Source: Opitutales bacterium (GTDB taxonomy: Bacteria > Verrucomicrobiota > Verrucomicrobiia > Opitutales > PNEW01). From it: 32,000 bases of DNA. Both the position numbers and the translations under genes were made by a program. Location of the stretch: assembly GCA_965219535.1 (NCBI GenBank), contig CBDCNV010000001.1, forward strand, positions 870,001 to 902,000, read 5' to 3'. The notes under the pieces were generated by a model. It was not told where the DNA came from. It worked only from the letters and a program-made list of their open reading frames with translations, and searched no databases. Positions 17,055 to 24,846 of the stretch are shown in pieces (position 1 is the stretch's first letter; each line of letters starts with the position of its first letter).

Positions 17055-17280
17055 AATTAGAAAATATGTTTGTAATATTTTTTATTGTAAGTGTTGGAGT
17101 TACATAGCAAGCACGAAATACTTTAATCCAATAGACTTGAATTAAAATAACGCTGATTTGCGCTTTGATAATTTCCCGACTGTCTGTCTCTCCCACCCGA
17201 ACCCCGCCTGCCCTGAGCGAAGTCGAAGGGACACCCTCCTGTCTACCCCGAACCCATCTTACAAAGCATTGTTCACTTGA

Positions 17281-17308
17281 CCCTGAACCCTGTACCCTGA
17301 ACCCTCTA
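17281..17308. repeat. Heptamer tandem repeat CCCTSWA x4
   Basis: The units are CCCTGAA CCCTGTA CCCTGAA CCCTCTA, immediately upstream of the SDR start codon. They are preceded by the REP-like word GCCCTGAGCGAAGTCGAAGGG. Confidence 0.8.
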
Positions 17309-17322
17309 CACCAATACTTCCC

Positions 17323-18159
17323 ATGTATGATCTTAAAGACAAAGTGGCCATCGTCACGGGTGCGGGTGCGGAGCTTGGCATCGGGCGGGCAGTCGCGACG
17401 CGTTTAGCGCGGGAGGGTGCCGATGTCGTTGTCAGTGACATCGTGGAAAACCCCTATCCCGACCTCTCACCGGGCTGGGGTGGACTATCAGCGGTCATTA
17501 GCGAAATCGAGGCACACGGACGGAAGGGGGTATGCGTCCTCGCGGATGTAACCGATGCCAATAGTGTGCAACAGATGGTTGACCAGACGTTGTCAGCGTT
17601 TGGACGGATCGATATACTCGTGAATAATGCCGGTTCGAGTCCCGGTCGTGACCGGGTACCCATCGTTGATTTAGAGGAAGCAGTTTGGGACCGGATCCAG
17701 GAAATTAATGCCAAGGGTACCTTTCTTTGCTGCCGTGCCGTTGCCAGGGTGATGATTGATCAAGGACAGAGGGGAAAAATAATTAATATGTCATCGGTGT
17801 CCGGAAAAACCGGACACGACCGCTTCGGTGCTTACTGTGCGTCCAAGTTCGCGGTGATTGGTCTCACTCAAGTATTGGCGCGTGAATTGGGTGAGCACCG
17901 CATCAATGTCAATGCTATCTGCCCCGGTCATGTTGAAACGAATCGGATGAATCATATGGCCTCCGCACTCGTAGCCGATGATCAGTCGGAAGAGGCGTTC
18001 ACTGAAGAATGGAATAAAAATGTTCTCGCAAATACTCCCCTAAAGCAGATAGCCAAAGGTGAAGACATTGCAAAAATGGCAGCTTTTCTCGCTTCGACCG
18101 AGTCCGATTATCTCACCGGTTTAGCAATTTCTGTCACTGGCGGTGCGTTTATGTTGTAG
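17323..18159 (+). CDS. Short-chain dehydrogenase/reductase (SDR) family oxidoreductase
   Basis: The motifs are TGAGAELGIGRA (TGxxxGxG), NNAG and the YCASK (YxxxK) catalytic motif. Confidence 0.9.
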   Translation: MYDLKDKVAIVTGAGAELGIGRAVATRLAREGADVVVSDIVENPYPDLSPGWGGLSAVISEIEAHGRKGVCVLADVTDANSVQQMVDQTLSAFGRIDILVNNAGSSPGRDRVPIVDLEEAVWDRIQEINAKGTFLCCRAVARVMIDQGQRGKIINMSSVSGKTGHDRFGAYCASKFAVIGLTQVLARELGEHRINVNAICPGHVETNRMNHMASALVADDQSEEAFTEEWNKNVLANTPLKQIAKGEDIAKMAAFLASTESDYLTGLAISVTGGAFML

Positions 18160-18208
18160 TTTAGTGGTAAATCAAATCGACAGGTAAAGATGCGAAGAAA
18201 AAGTTTAT

Positions 18209-19411
18209 ATGAAAATAAAAGAGCTAAAGACTTACGTCGTAGCGAATCCGCCGCCACATAATGGGGGCCCCTATTTTGTCTTCCTCAAGTTAACGACCGA
18301 CAACGGAATCGATGGCGTAGGTGAAGCCTACGGGGCACCGTTTCATCCCAACAAGGTTGCCCAGCTGATTGAAGATGTTGTCGAGCGCTGTGTTATCGGT
18401 TGGGACCCATTCAGAATTGAAAGTTTATGGCGGATTATCTACTCGAGCGGGTATTCTCAGCATCCCGACATGACGTTAATGGCTGTGCTCAGTGCAATTG
18501 AAATGGCCTGCTGGGATATTTTAGGGAAAGCGCTCAACCAGCCAATCTATAACTTACTTGGCGGCCAGGTTCATGAAAAACTTCGCTCTTATACCTACCT
18601 TTATCCGGACCCGAAAAGTGACACCAAAGATGCCTGGTCAATAGCTGATGTCTTCGGTCACCCGGAGCTAACTCCACAAAGAGCTGCCGACTACGTTGAG
18701 CAGGGATTCACCGCCGTAAAATTCGACCCCGTGATGCCGATGACCGCCTTTGATCCGCGGCAGCTTTCACTCGAGGTGTTGGATAATGCCGAGCTGGTGA
18801 TTAAAAACACACGCGAAGCAGTCGGCAGTAAGTGTGATTTACTTATCGGAACACACGGGCAAATGACGACCTCCAGTGCGATCCGCCTTGCGAAAAGAAT
18901 GGAGCCTTTTGACCCCTTGTGGTTTGAAGAGCCGGTGCCGCCAGAAAATATAAATGAAATGGCGCGTGTAGCCCAATCCACCAGCATCCCCATCGCCACC
19001 GGTGAGCGTCTATCAACAAAATATGAGTTTGTAGATTTACTGGAGAAACAGGTTGCGGCAATACTCCAACCTGCTCTCGGACGGGTGGGAGGAATCCTCG
19101 AGGCTAAGAAGATTGCCGGGATGGCGGAAGCGCATTACGCGCATATCGCCCCGCATCTTTACTGTGGTCCGATTGAAGCCTCCGCGAATATACAGATCGC
19201 TACCTGCAGCCCCAATTTTTTAATCCAGGAAAGCATTGAGACTTTTGGCAGTTTTCATGCTGAGGTTCTCAAGAATCCCATTCGTTGGGAGGACGGTTAC
19301 ATTATACCACCGAGCGCACCTGGCCTGGGTGTCGAGTTGAACGAGGAAGTAGTGGCGAACAGACCTTATACTGGACCTGTCTTTCCAGAGTTGGGGGACA
19401 AACCCATCTGA
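18209..19411 (+). CDS. Enolase-superfamily (mandelate racemase/muconate lactonizing enzyme) sugar-acid dehydratase, D-galactonate dehydratase-like
   Basis: The 400-aa product has candidate metal ligands in AVKFDP, LWFEEPV and IATGERL. The N-terminus MKIKELKTYVV is typical of the family. Substrate is not assignable. Confidence 0.85.
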   Translation: MKIKELKTYVVANPPPHNGGPYFVFLKLTTDNGIDGVGEAYGAPFHPNKVAQLIEDVVERCVIGWDPFRIESLWRIIYSSGYSQHPDMTLMAVLSAIEMACWDILGKALNQPIYNLLGGQVHEKLRSYTYLYPDPKSDTKDAWSIADVFGHPELTPQRAADYVEQGFTAVKFDPVMPMTAFDPRQLSLEVLDNAELVIKNTREAVGSKCDLLIGTHGQMTTSSAIRLAKRMEPFDPLWFEEPVPPENINEMARVAQSTSIPIATGERLSTKYEFVDLLEKQVAAILQPALGRVGGILEAKKIAGMAEAHYAHIAPHLYCGPIEASANIQIATCSPNFLIQESIETFGSFHAEVLKNPIRWEDGYIIPPSAPGLGVELNEEVVANRPYTGPVFPELGDKPI

Positions 19412-19697
19412 TTGTCGATTGTGTGGTGTTGATTGGACCCCATAATTACTACCAAGTTAAGTGAGAGTCATTCCGTGGGTTATCTGTTGCTGGTTTAGCA
19501 GGTGCTGGCGGAGGGAAACCATAGGCCGAGTGGAGCCAGCACCTGTTGGATTGAGTTCCTGCCAGAGTTTGGCAAAAGCGTTGGGACAGAGAAAGCCTAA
19601 ACGACAATGAGGGTGATGGGTATTGTATTTTTGCTTCCACGCATGGATGACAACACGCGCTTCGGTAACGCTTAAAAACCACTCCTGGTTTAAGCAT

Positions 19698-19733
19698 GAG
19701 TGCTTCGCTATGTCGTCACTGCGTTCCTCGGTA
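19698..19733 (-). repeat. 36-nt micro-insertion at the HD-E-CLN codon of IS type C
   Basis: On the coding strand the sequence is catgacg[TACCGAGGAACGCAGTGACGACATAGCGAAGCACTC]atgcttaaac, against an expected gacgaatgctta. Confidence 0.75.
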
Positions 19734-19774
19734 CGTCATGCAGTCGATGGTGAAAGGATTCAACATGGCCGTTT

Positions 19775-19817
19775 ATTATTCTCGCTTTCGCTCGTTGAGG
19801 GGTCGCTTCGCTCGGTA
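19775..19817 (-). repeat. 43-nt micro-insertion at the PW-Q-NG codon of IS type C
   Basis: On the coding strand the sequence is ccttggc[TACCGAGCGAAGCGACCCCTCAACGAGCGAAAGCGAGAATAAT]aaacggccat, against an expected tggcaaaacggc. The 3' boundary is ambiguous by a few A/T bases. Confidence 0.65.
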
Positions 19818-20328
19818 GCCAAGGACTGCCAGGGTCGATGTAGATAATGTCGATCTGGCGCTTGAGGAGTGCTTCTGTGACTTTTTGTGCTACGAACTGC
19901 GAACCGTTATCGGAGCGGATGCATGGGGGTTGCACCACGTCTTCGCTTTTGAGCGAATGAGATATCTTTATGGCTAGGCATTGACGGGTATGTTCATCGA
20001 TTAAAGTCATCATCCGCAGTTGTCCCCCGCGATCGGTGTGGTCGGCAACAAAATCCCAACTCCATACATGGTTCGGCTTTACTGCTTTGGTAGGGAGCCC
20101 AGTAGAGTGCCCTCGTCGTCTCTGTCGGCGACGAGAGGGTTTCACTCCAAGCCCTTCAGTTCTTCGCACTTTTTGCACCAATTTACAGTTTACCTTCCAC
20201 CCCTCTTTGTCCATTAGGGCACGAATACGACGATAGCAATAACGTGAATGTACCTTTGAAAGTCTAATGATTCGTCTCACCATGGTCTGATTACAATAAG
20301 ATTCTCGCTTGCACTCGTAGAGATAAGT

Positions 20329-20688
20329 TCAGCGATGGAGCCCAAAAAACCTGCAGGTCCAACGCAGCGAGCAAACCCCCTGGGCTACCACATGCTTGAC
20401 CGCTTCTTTCTTATGCGACGAGCTTACCATTTTTTTATCCACTTCCTCCAATACGCGATTCTTTAACATCTGCTCGGCTAACATCTTTTTCCGTTCCATG
20501 TTCTCGCGTTCAAGTTCCTTTAGCCGCCTCGCATTGCGTAGGTCTATCTGGTCATATCTTTTTCGCCAGCGATGGTAACTTTGAGCACTGATGTTGTGCT
20601 CACGGCAGACTTCCTGGATGCCTCTGGCGCTGTCTACTTCGCGCAGGATTGCTATGATCTGCTCGGTGTTGTGTCTTTTCTGTTTCAT
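20329..20688 (-). CDS. IS3-family transposase OrfA (HTH_Tnp_1 plus leucine zipper) of IS type C
   Basis: The product reads MKQKRHNTEQIIAILREVDSARGIQEVCREHNISAQSYHRWRKRY..LKELERENMERKKMLAEQ. The frame continues through an A7 run into orfB-type sequence and stops at a single TGA that is in frame with the next ORF (19708..20283). Confidence 0.8.
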   Translation of the reverse strand: MKQKRHNTEQIIAILREVDSARGIQEVCREHNISAQSYHRWRKRYDQIDLRNARRLKELERENMERKKMLAEQMLKNRVLEEVDKKMVSSSHKKEAVKHVVAQGVCSLRWTCRFFGLHR

Positions 20689-20776
20689 TCGTCTTTCCGT
20701 TCTTATTTACGGAAAGACTCTCACTGGCAATGGTCCAGTCCCCGGCGGTCACGCCAATCGGGATGCTGAATTTATT

Positions 20777-21118
20777 AATTTAGATACAAGATAATCAAAC
20801 CGGTGACTTTTAGACTAACAACTATTAAACGAGTAAGCAATCGACCAATCAAAAAGATTACAATTTACAAAGGAAAATTATCGAGATATAACCTACTTCC
20901 ATTTACTAGACCTGAACACAGCAGTGTTAGTAACGGTAACTAAAACTAACGCTGAATATAAAGTTAAGATTTTCTAAAAATTTGCTAATTATAATTCATT
21001 TTGCTGCCTTTACCTGCATTTAATAGCATTTTTAAAATTTCATAAAATGCTGATAAATAATGACTAGAGAAACAAGTTGAAAATAGATGCATGCAGATGA
21101 ACGATTCAAATAGGTTCG
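20777..21118. repeat. R2: copy 2 of the ~330-bp direct repeat
   Basis: R2 is collinear with R1, with the identical 35-nt core at 20934-20968. It ends ..GCAGATGAACGATTCAAATAGGTTC and runs straight into the tRNA fragment. Confidence 0.8.
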
Positions 21119-21137
21119 AATCCCTCCCTCTCCGCCA
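21113..21137 (+). other. tRNA 3'-end fragment (T-loop, 3' T-stem, 3' acceptor strand, discriminator G, CCA): att-site-like remnant
   Basis: The sequence is GGTTCGAATCC-CTC-CCTCTCC-G-CCA. No complementary 5' acceptor strand (GGAGAGG) or D/anticodon arms lie upstream, and the 5' T-stem does not pair. Confidence 0.7.
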
Positions 21138-21161
21138 AATAATTTGCACAGCAAATTATTT
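21137..21161. repeat. Perfect 11-bp AT-rich palindrome directly after the tRNA fragment
   Basis: The palindrome is AAATAATTTGC-aca-GCAAATTATTT. Confidence 0.7.
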
Positions 21162-21217
21162 AGGAGGGATGAGAACCCGAGAAGAGGGTTGTGCAAATTG
21201 TCGATTGTGTTTCTTCT

Positions 21218-21388
21218 CTCTTGTCATTGCGAAGGAGGCGTAGCCGACTGCGGCTACCGAGCGCAGCGACATCTTCCATTCCAGGGGAATGCCGGTCACG
21301 TATTGACATCCCCCTGGAATGGAAGATGTCGTCCTGCTGTTGCAGAACTCGGTAGCTTCGTCGCGTTGCTTCTCGCAATGACAATAAG
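21218..21388. mobile_element. Hairpin MITE (~171 bp) with TTGTCATTGCGA termini and a TACCGAG micro-element in each arm
   Basis: The left arm is CTCTTGTCATTGCGAAGG..GCGGC[TACCGAGCGCAGCGACATCTTCC]ATTCCAGGGG. The right arm is CCCCTGGAAT[GGAAGATGTCGTCCTGCTGTTGCAGAACTCGGTA]GCTTCG..TCGCAATGACAA. The micro-elements lie at 21255-21277 (+) and 21321-21354 (-). Confidence 0.75.
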
Positions 21389-21414
21389 AAATCAATCCGA
21401 CATCCGCAATCGAT

Positions 21415-23628
21415 TCACTCAATCGTGAGCTCTTCAACAGACACCTCGATCGCATCTCCATCTTCATTGGCAAAGGTGGCGTCTATGCTCAATGTTGGCT
21501 GAGGGGTTTCATCGGATTTAAAATTATTCTGGGTGATCAGTGTGTCAAACCCGGTCGTTGTCGATCCACTCTCCGCTACCACAATTGATGCACCGTTTGT
21601 CTGCAAGAGGTCACCACCGGTGATCCGCAAACCGGGGTTACTTGCCGGTACTGTGAAGGAACCTTCACCGAACAAGAGATGTGGAACTGCATCGCCATCA
21701 GCAACGATGTCACCTACCGTTAAGCGTACCGCGATCGGTACGCCACGCGCATCGAAGCCGACCTTGCCCGTGCTTCCACTGAACACGGCATTCGATAACT
21801 GCACTCCTCCCATTCCCGTGGAGTTGACTACTTCCACGAGGGCCACATCGGCCTGGGCGTCATAGACCTGTCCTTCGGGGAACAGTGCCTGGTTAAAGGC
21901 GTTGATCCTTCCCACCGTGAAAATGCTGAAGAAGGTATTGGCGTCGGCTCCATCGATGACCACGCTCGGTTTGCCCGTCACGTACTCAACGGCTTGGTTG
22001 TAGCGTGGGGGGACGGCCGGGGGCAGGAAGGTTGCCGGATCGAGGGTTACGGTAAAAGTCCCATTACCTGAAAATTCTACCTGCACGATGTCCTCGGTTT
22101 CATCCATAAAGGAAACGCGGGTGATCTGTCCCGGTTTGGCCTGGAGTTGGACGGATTCTCCGGTGAGTAAAATCTGATCGAAGACATTACCGTTGGCATG
22201 CTGGATGTTTTCGCCTGCGATATCGCCCGAGCCGTCGAGGACGAGGGGAACGGAAGGTGCGGCAACCGTGATGACTGCGGTGTCGCTATCAGCGGTACCA
22301 CCTGCGTTCGTTATCTGTGCCCAGAAGTTCGTACTCGCGGTGAGGGCTCCCGTGTCTAAGGTCCCGGCTGTCGCTCCGGCAACGGGACTGGCGGTGTCAC
22401 CGCTGTTACCGGTAAACCACTGGTAAGTAAGATCATCGCCGCTGGCAGCAACGGACAAGCTTGCCGATGCACCGGATGCGACTTCCTGGCTAGCCGGTTG
22501 GGTGGTGATAGAAGGACCTTCTGCGGGGGGCGGTTCGCTGCCACCTTCAAACCCCGGAGCACCGATTGGGGTAAAACCGAAGTCGTCGATAGTTGTTGAG
22601 CTGAATAATGGATTAACATTTTCATTATCGATTAAAAGGATTTTTGCAATGCCGCCCACAGCTCCCAATTCACTGGCAAGAAATGTATAATGCGGAACTC
22701 CTGATCCCTGCAGGACATTTTGCTGCAGGTCTGTTTCCCTGGCGATTAAATTATCTTCAGTATCAAATACCTCAATAGTACCATCGGATTCACCGCCACT
22801 GCTTGCTGCTAACGTGATGGTTGAGGCAAAAAATTGCACCCGGGCGGCCGGTGTTTCGAATGTGATCGTCCCTGTATCACCATTCATAACTCTCCAGTTA
22901 GCACGTTTCGTGCGGGATTGTTCGTTGAGCGGAGGTGATGTTTCCTCGGATAAATCTGCGCCTGAAAAGGTGGCTGTAATGGGTGATGTACCAAGGGTAA
23001 TATCATCATTCGACTCTGGGAATTCAGAAAAGAAAGTAAATACTGTGTTGTTCCTTGGCCCATCGATGAGGGTATAACCCACATCGTCGACGACTAATGT
23101 ACCCGAAACATTCAGGAATTTTATTTCATTCATACCGTCAATGTAATTGAGATCTGTTTCGTCGAAGAAATTGCCACTGAAAGCCACGATTCTTTGCAGC
23201 GCAGGATTGGAATCAGGATTGATGCTGGTCGGAAAACCCGTAAAAACGCCCTGCTGAGTTAATTCAATTAATTCGACTCCAACAATATCGACTGTAATTT
23301 CTCGAACCTCGATCTTGCCCGCACCCGCAGTTTCAGCCACATAGAATTCGATTTCAGCAATCCCTTTTCTAGTGAAGATTTTTCCCTCCTGGCCGGGGCC
23401 CAGGGTTAATGCTTTCGTTCCCGAGTGCAACAGATTTGGGTCCTCCAGCGTTGTTACTGTAAACCCGATAAATTGGACATCATTAGGTGGATCACCTAGT
23501 AAAAAGTCTCCCGAACCTTCAGCATCTTCAAAATCCAAAAATACTTCCTGGTCCTGCGGAAGCGCTCGGAGAAGAAGTGGAAATAAAAGTGAAATTAACG
23601 ATACGGATACGAGATTTTTTATGCACAT
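21415..23628 (-). CDS. Secreted 737-aa protein with an Ig-like repeat domain; function unknown
   Basis: The N-terminal signal is MCIKNLVSVSLISLLFPLLLRALP. The central segment ITTQPASQEVASGASASLSVAASGDDLTYQWFTG..AQITNAGGTADSDTAVITV is an Ig/I-set-like module. All antisense ORFs are shorter. Confidence 0.8.
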   Translation of the reverse strand: MCIKNLVSVSLISLLFPLLLRALPQDQEVFLDFEDAEGSGDFLLGDPPNDVQFIGFTVTTLEDPNLLHSGTKALTLGPGQEGKIFTRKGIAEIEFYVAETAGAGKIEVREITVDIVGVELIELTQQGVFTGFPTSINPDSNPALQRIVAFSGNFFDETDLNYIDGMNEIKFLNVSGTLVVDDVGYTLIDGPRNNTVFTFFSEFPESNDDITLGTSPITATFSGADLSEETSPPLNEQSRTKRANWRVMNGDTGTITFETPAARVQFFASTITLAASSGGESDGTIEVFDTEDNLIARETDLQQNVLQGSGVPHYTFLASELGAVGGIAKILLIDNENVNPLFSSTTIDDFGFTPIGAPGFEGGSEPPPAEGPSITTQPASQEVASGASASLSVAASGDDLTYQWFTGNSGDTASPVAGATAGTLDTGALTASTNFWAQITNAGGTADSDTAVITVAAPSVPLVLDGSGDIAGENIQHANGNVFDQILLTGESVQLQAKPGQITRVSFMDETEDIVQVEFSGNGTFTVTLDPATFLPPAVPPRYNQAVEYVTGKPSVVIDGADANTFFSIFTVGRINAFNQALFPEGQVYDAQADVALVEVVNSTGMGGVQLSNAVFSGSTGKVGFDARGVPIAVRLTVGDIVADGDAVPHLLFGEGSFTVPASNPGLRITGGDLLQTNGASIVVAESGSTTTGFDTLITQNNFKSDETPQPTLSIDATFANEDGDAIEVSVEELTIE

Positions 23629-23739
23629 TTTGACCCCTTAATATGATTTAAACCCTAGTTCTGAAACAACTGTTTTTAATAATTAAAAGGGTAAGATATA
23701 AATCTCAACAATTAATTGTGATTTCAGTAAATTAATTCA

Positions 23740-23995
23740 GCAACCAGCCATAGCCTTGGCGAAGGTTGGTCCCTAGCGCGATTCTTCAATTGCGACACTC
23801 TCAAACGCGGTAGGGACACCGCGTTCCACCATTGCAAAGACGATTCAATGAATAGAGGTAGCATGTTCTAAATACCCTCTAACCAATTACACGCCTATTG
23901 TCATTGCGCCTGTTCTCCATAGCCTTGTGCGACGGGGGAAGGAGTAGAGCGACTAAGCTACCTAAGGCGAAGCGTTCCATTCTTCCTTAAGGGAC
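23740..23995. repeat. Mosaic of the same short repeat words (CCATAGCCTTG.GCGA.GG x2, TTGTCATTGCG, GGTAG hairpin, degenerate TACC..CGAAGCG..TTCC unit)
   Basis: CCATAGCCTTGGCGAAGG lies near 23748 and CCATAGCCTTGTGCGACGG near 23919. The hairpin AACGCGGT-agggac-ACCGCGTT lies near 23803-23824. ATTGTCATTGCGCC lies near 23897 and TACCTAAGGCGAAGCGTTCCATTCTTCC near 23959. Confidence 0.55.
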
Positions 23996-24015
23996 GAAGA
24001 CGAAAAAAATAATTA

Positions 24016-24846
24016 TCAGAAACGGGACTCCCAATCGGTGGCGATTTTAAAACTTTCTTCGATGACGCTTTCGGTTGTCTCACGAGTGGAAGCCACTTCA
24101 AGAGTCCTTGAACCGGTAAAATTTAGATCCGCTAATCTTCCAATAAACGCATCCCAGTCAATGATCCCTTTCCCTGGCACCCAGTGTTGATCGCCGTTTC
24201 CGTCGGTATCATGCAAATGTAAGGTAAACAATCTGTCCGCCGCCACATTTAATTGCTGCAGCGGGTCGTGTCCTGAGACCTGGGCGTGAGTAGTATCAAG
24301 ACATAAGCCAACATACTCTCTTGGCATATCTGCAATTAACTCGAACAGATCTTCCATTGAATGTAAGGGCCGCGCTGACCCAACATGGCACAGATTCTCC
24401 AAAGCAATCTTTATTCCCGTATCGATGGCGCTTTCAACCAACTCGAGAATAGATTCTTTAGTCTTGGTTACGCTCGCATCTCGATTTTCTTCGCTATACA
24501 TGCTGAACATATCAGGATAGGAGCCATTGGGGTGAACGACCACCGATTCAGCTCCCAGCTCCTTAAAAAAGGTAAACGACCTGGTAACTTCCGCCAGCGA
24601 AACTTTTCTTTTTTCACTATCCAGTGATGCCAAATCGATGCCCCCAATAGGGCTGTGACCAACGCGCATTGAAAGATCAAAGCGATTCATAAGCGAATGA
24701 ATCTCTTCTATCGAATCCATTCCAAGCGAGAAATGAGGAGGTTCCCATAACAACTCAACCTCGGTAAAGCCCGCTTTTTTTATTCTTTCAAGGCCCGATT
24801 CCAATTCTTCAGGTAGAATAACCGTGGTGCTGATTCCGTATCGCAT
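24016..24846 (-). CDS. Sugar-phosphate isomerase/epimerase, xylose-isomerase-like TIM barrel (AP_endonuc_2 family)
   Basis: The 276-aa product has ALENL, a His in VVHP, and TLHLHDTDGNGDQHWVPGKGIIDW, which matches the family motif hlHlkD...H..pGeG.idw. Confidence 0.85.
   Translation of the reverse strand: MRYGISTTVILPEELESGLERIKKAGFTEVELLWEPPHFSLGMDSIEEIHSLMNRFDLSMRVGHSPIGGIDLASLDSEKRKVSLAEVTRSFTFFKELGAESVVVHPNGSYPDMFSMYSEENRDASVTKTKESILELVESAIDTGIKIALENLCHVGSARPLHSMEDLFELIADMPREYVGLCLDTTHAQVSGHDPLQQLNVAADRLFTLHLHDTDGNGDQHWVPGKGIIDWDAFIGRLADLNFTGSRTLEVASTRETTESVIEESFKIATDWESRF

Larger units (their letters stand above)
19430..20741 (-). mobile_element. IS3-family insertion sequence, sequence type C, inactivated
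   Basis: orfA is intact. The orfB-like part reads ..VWSWDFVADHTDRGGQLRMMTLIDEHTRQCL..IRSDNGSQFVAQK..IDPGSPW[ins]NGHVESFHHRLHD[ins]CLNQEWF... The ends are TGATTGGACCCCATAATTACTACCAAGTTAAGTGAGAGTC at 19430 and GACTCTCACTGGCAATGGTCCAGTC at about 20741. Confidence 0.85.

Noticed and set aside
20329-20331. Selenocysteine or programmed read-through at the in-frame TGA of IS type C
   Set aside because: No SECIS-like hairpin is evident immediately downstream. The same element carries two disruptive micro-insertions and an internal deletion, so a plain nonsense mutation in a dead copy is more economical.
21144-21473. ORFs 21144..21428 (+), 21156..21473 (-) and 21160..21384 (-)
   Set aside because: They overlap each other on both strands and coincide with the hairpin MITE. 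Palindromic DNA gives open frames on both strands.
21533-23641. Antisense or out-of-frame ORFs inside the 737-aa gene (21533..21865, 22077..22301, 22193..22426, 22356..22625, 22502..22690, 22814..23077, 22884..23084, 23372..23641)
   Set aside because: All are much shorter than the 2.2-kb ORF they overlap and have low-complexity Pro/Ser/Ala-rich composition typical of wrong-frame translation. The same reasoning applies to the short ORFs inside 25103..27055, 29019..31392, 12219..12962, 14522..16643 and 17323..19411.
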